A stretch of 64,000 bases of DNA from Octopus sinensis (lineage: Eukaryota). The position numbers were made by a program, and so were the translations under genes. Below the pieces are notes generated by a model that was given only the letters and a program-made list of their open reading frames with translations, made no database searches and had not been told where the DNA came from. This document shows, in pieces, positions 55,479-64,000 of the stretch (position 1 is the first letter of the stretch; every line of letters begins with the position of its first letter). The stretch lies in the NCBI RefSeq assembly GCF_006345805.1, contig NC_043001.1:100688001-100752000 (forward strand). The letters run 5' to 3'.

Positions 55479-57263
55479 ACATGTGTGTGTGTATTTCTTA
55501 GGACAGAAATAAATTTCAACAATGTAAAGCATTAGTTTGTTATTAATAATCTTATCTGCTGCATTGGTTTGATGTTGGTGAAAATCAATTGCCAAGCTTT
55601 GAAGGTTCCTGGTTTTTTTTTCTTTTTTTATATATATAGTTATCAATTTTTTTTTTTTAGTTGAATAGCAATATTATATTTTTATAAATCATCTGGGATT
55701 TTACAAGAGTAACAAATATAGCTGGATGTACCACAAAGGATTATGTTTATTATAATCCTGTCCATACTAGAGGAATTGTGGGTAAAAGAAATGAATAATT
55801 TTCCAATGATTAACAGTGGTTTTAACAAATATGAAGAGTCAAAGAGTCTGAGACAAAGCTTCATGTGACTGCTTTTAAAAAGGAAACAGGAATGGTAATG
55901 AGTTAGTAACTGGGAACTGTCGTGACAAAAATTAGGGCTCCACATGGAATGTTTATGTTAGGAAGTAGTTGGATACGTTGAGAGTATCCAAGAAATTTAT
56001 GAAATATACATCAGACGGAAATAAGAACTTGTTCATATGAACAATGAAACCATTGAAAGAGCTGCTTCCTGAAAGTCTGTAGTGGAACTGAGGGGTATCT
56101 TAATACTGGGAAGGCAACTAAATAAAAAAAAAGAGCTTTTTGTTTGACAATATTTATAAGAACAATAAAAAAAGAAGTGGCTTTTTTTTGTTAAACATAC
56201 TTGGAAAGATTTTCCTATGAGCTTTACGGTGAGAATGATTAATTTAACACACACACACACACATGCATACACACACACACACACACGCACACCCACACAC
56301 ACACACATGCACACACATAAACACACACAGCTATTCGTTGAGTTGTAATTGTTGGGGGGTCATCGATGCTGCTGATGTTCAGTTTGAAATTATGTTTGCA
56401 AGAAAAACATTGACGGTGTTGACATTTCAGAAGATTACAAAATTGTGGGGAGGAAAGATTGAACAAAAAAAATTTTAATGTAAGAAATTATTGAAGGGAA
56501 GAAGACATGGCAAGAATGAGATGAGTGTGTTGCTTGGGTTTGTGAAAATAGGGTAAGCATTCAGGGAAAAAGGGGCTGACGTAGTTATAGTAGAAAAGAA
56601 GAAAGAAGCATCATGTCTGTGTGCTTGATAGTGTAGTATGTTGGTAAATGAATATTTGCCAATCTGTTGAATAATGTTTTGGTTGTAGAGAAGGCTTTTT
56701 CTGCATGCAGCAGAATCCTTCTTATAAAATGCAGAAGAGGAAGATTTGCAGGATGTGGGCTATGTGAATGATTCTAACAGTTGTCTTTGCATTGTATCAG
56801 CAAGGGCTATGAACACTCTCCTAGATAGATAGCAACTTGGACCTTTTACTTATTGTTATATGTGGTAGAATAACTGAGACAAAACAGCTTGGTGGATTAA
56901 GGGTGGATGAGATTTAGATTTAGTGGAACATGGTAGGATGACTTTGGCTATTTGTTGAGCTTTCTCAGCTGATTTGGATTATGAAATCTTAAGCTTAAGA
57001 AATCTAAGCTATGGATATCGTCTTGTCATCTGGTCATATGAACTCCCCAGCACACCAGTTTTTACTTGTTCTCCAACAAGATTTATCCACAGAAAGACTT
57101 ATCCACAGATGCTGGCTTCCATCTGGATTACTTACAAGGATTGACAGTAGTGATGGCTTAGAAGTTTGTATGAAATAGTAGTAAGGGTCTAGGTTGGATA
57201 GTATGGTGTACAGGTGTGGAAATTTTTTAGGGACTAACTTGTCTTGGTATCTGAAATGTTCCC

Positions 57264-57463
57264 AGGCACAGGAGTGGGTGTGTGGTAAGTAGCTTGCTTA
57301 CCAACCACATGATTCTGGGTTCAGGCCCACTGTGTGGCACCTTGGGCAAGTGTCTTCTACTATAGCCTTGGGATGACCAAAACCTTGTGAGTGGATTTGG
57401 TAGACGGAAACTGCCCGTCGTATATATGTATATGTATATATATATATGTATATATACGTATAT

Positions 57464-57497
<34 letters not shown>

Positions 57498-57718
57498 GTA
57501 TACATATGTATGTGTGTGTGTTTGTACCCCCAACATTGCTTGACAACCGATGGTGGTGCGTTTACGTCCCCGTAACTTAGCAGTTCAGCCAAAGAGACCA
57601 ATAGAATAAGTACTAGGCTTACAAAGAATAAGTCCTAGGGTCGATTTGCTCAACTGAAGGTGGTGCTCCAGCATGGCCGCAGTCAAATGACTGAAACAAG
57701 TAAAAGAGTAAAAGAGTT
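57264..57718 (+). mobile_element. Full-length SINE family A
   Basis: Colinear with the 26057 copy; tail gtaaaagagtaaaagag. Confidence 0.92.
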
Positions 57719-59024
57719 AGAGATGTGTATTTTCTTGGTTGAAGAAGGAAAAGCATAAACTGTGACTAACAGATTATTGTTAATCCCTATTCCCATCCTT
57801 AAATTAAATCCACCTGAAAGTCAGAGTCTAAAGATGGTCACTTTGAAATTTTGAGTCTAAAGATGGTTGTTACTTTGAAATTGTGGTACATCCATCTACA
57901 TTTGCTACTCTTGCAAATTTTGAAATTTTGAAATTTTGAGCATCACTAACAAATGGAAAGAAAAGTCAATAAAAGATTATGTACTAGATGGCGTGTTGGA
58001 GAGGGGAGCTACTGGTTAGATTTCATCATCCATCTGTTTGCAAAGCCTTCGCTTATCAAGCGGTCAAATGTAGCCTCGAACTGGTGGAGGCATTAGAAAT
58101 AAAAATGCTTAATTTGAAGTCACTGAAAATCAAGGTTATCCATAATTTGAGGAATGGGTATGATTTGGAAGCAAAATGAACTCTACTAAATGATACAAGG
58201 TGATATTGTGATGGTGTTGCCATGCTATTTAGCTCAAAGCCAGCAGTGATTAAGTAGACCTAAGATCAAAGTTATTCCAGCTGTGACCAATTTTATAAGT
58301 AGTAGATTGTGATATGGGAGAGAGATTTGGCTGCTGTCTTTAGCAGTTCAAGTGACTTCAAAGGGAAGATAAACAGTAGAAAGAAAAGAGAATTATTGTT
58401 GATTTCCTAAAATGTTGAGGCTTGTGGGAATACTACAGATGTTTGGGTTATTTTAATTTTCTATTGACTGCATCATTTACGCTAATTATTAACCAATTTA
58501 TCCATAGTTCAATAGGTCTATTATGATGATGATGATGCTTAAAATGACCGTGTCAACGCCAATGACGGTAATTGAATATACAATTAAAACTGCATAACCA
58601 AAACCAATTTTAATAGGTCATGTATGCCAACCTATAATTTTCAAAGAATATTGCTACACTATCTCAACTTGTGAATTATCTTTGGATAAATTAATTCATT
58701 TCTATCTATACGTATTTTCTTTCCAGTTTTATCATCAATAACTAATAATTGATATTATTCAATGAGAATTGGAGCCAACACTCTGACAGTTTTAATTCAT
58801 TTTCTCTCACAACCTTGGGCTAAACCTCAGAAAGTCTCTAACAATGAGATTAAAATGAATTTAAATGATATGCTTACTTTCCTGAAATTAATTTAACATT
58901 GTATACTGTGCAGAAATAACCTCCTTTCAATAATTCTCAAAGAACTCAAATAATTCATTGCTTTTCTGAGAAGCATATCTCCCACTTCCTTTTTATAGTA
59001 AAACAAATCTTCTCAAGAATGTAC

Positions 59025-59091
<67 letters not shown>

Positions 59092-61384
59092 CTTACCTAT
59101 CTATCTACACACACATGTATGTATAGATAGATAGACATATACCTTGGTAGATATATAAACAGTAGGTAGATTGTGAAAGAGGTAGTATACAAAAAAGATA
59201 AATAAACAAAATTGGCAAAAGAAGCTCTGATGCACATCTCTAGTACCACTAAATAGAAGGAAAATAATATTTGTAAGAAAATCAATTTTTTTTCCTATTT
59301 TCAAAGTACATACAATAATCTTGTAAAAATCTAAATTTCTATTCAAAGAATATATTATTTTATCTTGGAGACAAGATTATTATCAACAACTTGGCTCCTT
59401 CTTAGTTCGTAAAGCATTTTCAATTATCTCCCAGAAATCATTCTTCTCTTTATCTCTGCCAATGTGAAATGGTTGTGAGAAAAGAAGCATTGCAAATTAT
59501 AGTTCCAGAAAATAAAAGAGAATATGTGCTAAAAAGTGTCAACCAGCTCTGGACTACAAAACTAAATTAAAATCATCTTTACTCTGTAGTGATTCAGAAT
59601 GTTATTTATCTGAATCTGAAATAATTTGCTTTTCTTTATGGCACCGAATAGTAGTCAATACTCTGACTACCATTCTCCTCTCTAATTATATTACTGAGAA
59701 TTAACTGTGCTCTATAAATGTTTGATCACCACCATCATCCTTTAAATCCCAATCACCAACATCTCTACCCACCTCCCCCACTTTACATTACCTTCTCCCG
59801 TCCAACCACTGCATGGACTACAACTACCATCATTGTCACTACAACCAGCTCTACAGACACTATACCATCATTAAAGCTATTGCTACCACAACCAGATTTC
59901 CTCACATAACATTTACTACTCACCACTAATATACAATGTCCTTATTCTCACCATCATCTTCATAAACAATGCCATTCTTAGCAATATTAAGAACATGTTT
60001 ACTGAAAATTGAAATTGTTTGAGTTTGAAGACATCAAATGTTGAAGAATTGTTTATTCTCCAAAACTTAAATGTCTTCTTAGATTCTTTCCAGAATTTGA
60101 AAATCTGATTATCAAATGTATTGCCATTAAAATAATTAAAATTTCTTTTCAAATTCCTTATTTCATGCATTATTTGCACATAATAATGTAGGTTGATTAG
60201 ATATGCAAACTCAAGACTTTAAAGGAAAATTTTGGATAAATATCTTACGATTAAATGATCTACTTTTCAAAAATGAAGTTGCAATGAAATCTTTTTGCAA
60301 GTAATAAAACTTTGAAGAATATTAGAAACTAGAAAAGCATTTAAAACAGTTAAAATTCGTGCTGTGTAAAGACAAATTAAAAAATTTTTTTTAAATGGCA
60401 TGTTTGTTTATGAATAACCTTAAATTTTCACAAGTTCTCATTTAAAATAATTGTCAACCATTTTATTCATTGGTCACTACATTCATGATGATGATGATGA
60501 TGATGATGATAAAGCTATAAACGTCTGTGTTTATAAGCATACACACTTATAGCGCAGTCATACATTTTCTTTTACAATACTGGATAAGAGACAACACACA
60601 AGTGATAGCTTCCACATTGATTGTTAACCAGAATCGATTCTAAATCAAAAGTCAAGTGTTTATGTAATTTTTAAAGTACCAAAATATCTGCCATCAATTT
60701 TATTTCGGAATTCCTCTCTTAAAACCACTTTTAGATCCAGAGGATAATCTGCTGTAATTTCTTGGCCCAGTCTTTAGACAATACTCATCCATCAGTGCAT
60801 TCATCCACATCCTTTGGATGGCCTCATAAGATTTTCAGTAAATTTACTCCCAAAGTTTGAGACTTGAAGGTAAGTAAGGTCATCAGAATTCTGGATTCAT
60901 CTGTCTGGGGCAAAAGAAATCTAAAGTTAAGCTGAGCAAAGTATGAAGTCCATGATTGAAGATCACAAGGTTTACGCACACTCCTATGTGCAAATATACA
61001 ACCATACATAAGTACTGAGGGTGACTTCAAGCCTATTTCAATCTATCTAATGATAGTATACTCACCTTATGGAGTCTTTGCTCTGTACAATGTAACTAGG
61101 ATATCCCAGGAACAGGTGTCACAAACTATCTCTACCTTTCATAATATGACTAAATTGAATTAAATGACTTTGTCAAGTCTTGCCAATTTGTTTGCCTCTC
61201 CTTTTTACTTTAACAAATGCCTACTGACTCAAGGGGAGACCACTTCTAACTGCTTTGGATAAGGCAGTCACAAAACCACAAACACAACTGCCTTCTCCTG
61301 CCGGAATTTTAGTGACATTCCTATTTGAGCACTCAGTGTATATCCATTGGTTTGAGTCACCCTGACGAAAACTCCTTATATCTC

Positions 61385-61429
<45 letters not shown>

Positions 61430-61649
61430 GATACATATATACGTACATACATATATACATATATATATATACGTACATACATATATACATACTTACATAT
61501 AAATATATAAGCGTACATACTTATACACATGCGCACACACATGCGCACACACATGCACTCACATCCATGCACATACACACACACTCACTCACTCACACAT
61601 ATGCATGCATGTATGCACATATTCACACACACACAAGCCAATAGTAGCA

Positions 61650-63140
61650 GGGGTAGAACTGGGTCTACTCAATTCGATGTGGTAGATTTTTACTTGTTTA
61701 TATCGAGGAGGATCTTGCACGCTGAAGTTTATGATGTGTATATATGCATTATCATGCACACTAGAAGACTCCCACTCCTTTGTAAGGGGTCAGCCTAGGG
61801 GAAGAAGTGCACTGACCCCGAAGGTTCCTTCAATGTAGCAATAAGTGCCTTCGTCAGCACTGATGTGAGTGACTACGTTGGTTTCTTCGTCCTAGATATA
61901 CTTAAAAAGGAATTCCCTTCCATTAACTTTGGCCTCTACAGGAATGATGTGCTGGTAATATTGAGAGAGGGAAATCACCACACACTAGATCAGTGTAGAA
62001 AAGACTACACCAGCACCATGAATTTCTTTAGATTTAAGGTCACAATAGAAACCAACCTGTAAATGGTTGATTTCGTTGGGGTCTGGTATGTATAGACTGT
62101 TAAGGAAGCCAAATGAGAGGCCATCGTTTTATCAACACACGTTTCTCTCATCCAGCCATAGGATTCAAGAACTTGGTAAAGAGTGTCAGCTAAAGAATCT
62201 CCAACCTATCTTCAAACAAAGGGATTTTTGACACTGCTGCACCATACTATAAAGAGGCTTTGGCCAACAGCAGTTTTAAGGAAATACCTCTAGTTCACAA
62301 CACCCTCCTCTTTAAGTGTTAAAACACCTGTGTCTAAGATTTTCCTTGTACAATTAGGTTCAGTAAAATATTTCATAGGCACACCTTGAGGGTTACTTTT
62401 TTCTGTGCAGCCAATGTATAAAAGATATAACTAGGTAAGTCCATACCTGAGACAGAAGCAGAATGCTCATGTAGGAGTACCACAACATGTCCACTTAAAG
62501 GCCACTATAATACGGAAACCATCGTTTATGGGGCAAATGTAACAGCAACTGGACCAAATGGACAATAAAACATGCAAAAGAATGTGGAAGTAGCTGATGG
62601 TACCTTCAGAACACAATACAACAAACAAGTCCTGCTTCAACATCCTGGAGAGATGAAACATCTCAACCCTTGCTGAGCATTTATGGTCGTCGTAAGAAAG
62701 CAGCCTGGAATACAACATAAAGTGGAGGATATTGAGGAAAGGCGGTGAGCTGGCAGAAACGTTAGCACGCCGGGCGAAATGCATAGCCATATTTCGTCTA
62801 CCGTTACGTTCTAAGTTCAAATTCCGCCGAGGTCGACTTTGCCTTTCATCCTTTCGGGGTCGATAAATTAAGTACCAGTTATGCACTGGGGTCGATGTAA
62901 TCGACTTAATCCATTTGTCTGTCCTTGTTTGTCCCCTCTGTGTTTAGCTCCTTGTGGGTAATAAAGAAACAGATATTGAGGAAATGCAAGGCTTACTTCA
63001 ATAATAGCAGGAAGTGCAACTGAGTAGCAGGAGGTATACCTTGGAAGAAAAGAGCCATATTAAAGGACTCTCAACACTCGGGCATATCTATCTGAATAGC
63101 AGAAGTGAAATTTATAATCCTTGCCCACATTGTGTCATAC
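61650..63140 (+). pseudogene. Penelope-like element (RT plus C-terminal GIY-YIG), decayed, Naiad-like
   Basis: RT: QFDVVDFY..IIMHTRR..A*GKK..FNVAISAF..VGFFVL..GLYRND..KVTIETNL..KPN..SHP..RISNLSS..AAPYYKEAL. Linker: SVKT..KIFL..KIFHRHTLRVTF. Endonuclease: CSCR..CPLKG..IVYGANV..TLAEHLW..YNIKWRILRK|CKAY..RKCN..LEEK..LNSRSEIYNPCPH. Confidence 0.88.
62741..62971 (+). mobile_element. SINE family B (Meta-domain-like core) inserted in the PLE, 13-bp TSD
   Basis: gatattgaggaaa at 62728-62740 and 62972-62984. B-box-like agttcaaattcc; core gtcgactttgcctttcatcctttcggggtcgataaattaagtaccag. Confidence 0.95.
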
Positions 63141-63297
63141 TTACATGCCCCATCATGTTTATAATGGCCAGTTCAGCTTTTCCACCACCAGTACCTGGGA
63201 ATCTGGCAAAGAGTTTGACTAGAATATGCATAAACGCACTCACAGACACATACAGGCCCTAACATGGAGGACAACCCCTCAATAGACCTTTTTCCAT

Positions 63298-63433
63298 ATG
63301 ACAAGCTTCTCTCAGTTTCTGTCTACAAAATCCACTCACAAGACTTTGGTTGCCCGAGGTGTCATGAAGTGGGACTGAATCCAGAACCAAGTGGTTGGCA
63401 AGCAAGATTCTTACCACACAGCCATGCCTGCAC
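63298..63433 (-). mobile_element. SINE family A, 5' half with internal deletion
   Basis: cagtttctgtctacaaaatccactcacaag..gtgggactgaa..cttaccacacagccatgcctgc. Confidence 0.8.
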
Positions 63434-63449
63434 ATACACACACACACTC

Positions 63450-63480
<31 letters not shown>

Positions 63481-63689
63481 AATATGCACACAAAAAGAAA
63501 GAAAAAGAGAGAGAGAGAGAAATAAGAGAGAATCGCACCCTCCCTTTCTAAAGAATGGAAAGATACATTGGCTAATTTAGATCTGGATATATTCTGCCTG
63601 ATCGAATGATGGAATTGTTACAGCTGGAATACCTTTAATCATAAGTCTGTTCAATCATGGCTGATCTGAAGGAAATAGCAACAAAGAAG

Positions 63690-63724
63690 AAAATGATGAT
63701 TACGACAACGACTATGATGACAAC

Positions 63725-63770
<46 letters not shown>

Positions 63771-63960
63771 TTGATGATGATGATGATGATGATGATGGTT
63801 ATCACTACCATTTTCATTTCCTCCTAACCCTTACATAGTAATTGTGTAGAAGAAGATGATGGCAATGATAGTAATGATGAGAAATATATCAAGTATGATG
63901 ATGGTGGTGATGATGATGATGATGATGATGATAACGACGACGGCGACGATGATGAATGAT
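63690..63960. repeat. (GAT)n-rich trinucleotide tracts
   Basis: Direct observation. Confidence 0.9.
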
Positions 63961-64000
63961 AACAAACGAGTGGAAGTCAGAGCAAGTGACAAGTTTGGCA

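Noticed and set aside
61360-61385. CTGACGA upstream of the PLE
   Set aside because: Runs into (TA)n with no GAAA or stem III.
63014-63022. In-frame TGA after CN in the PLE as a selenocysteine codon (some Naiad elements encode Sec)
   Set aside because: The spacing does not fit CxxC, it lies in a small local duplication, the other Cys codons are TGY, and no SECIS was recognised.

Overview
AT-rich eukaryotic non-coding DNA with no host protein-coding gene that I can support. The SINE/LINE families and dense (TA)n/(CATA)n/(GATA)n microsatellites look like an Octopus (coleoid cephalopod) genome; this assignment is inferred from recalled repeat families, not from a search. Nearly all ORF-track entries are translations of simple repeats. 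Contents: (1) two minisatellite arrays (30-bp unit at 1-1730; 25/26-bp unit at 13729-16436), both with higher-order structure; (2) three tRNA-headed SINE families, several copies with clear TSDs; (3) many 5'-truncated copies of an RTE LINE 3' end; (4) decayed coding relics of RTE, CR1-like, L2, R4-like and L1/Tx1 LINEs, a Gypsy-type RT, a hAT/Buster transposase, an internally deleted mariner, and a Penelope-like RT+GIY-YIG element; (5) several MITE/foldback elements. Best lead: a ~435-bp palindrome (26915-27350) in which each arm carries a Penelope-type minimal hammerhead ribozyme motif. Second lead: a tandemly repeated compact H-type pseudoknot motif in the RTE 3' UTR.
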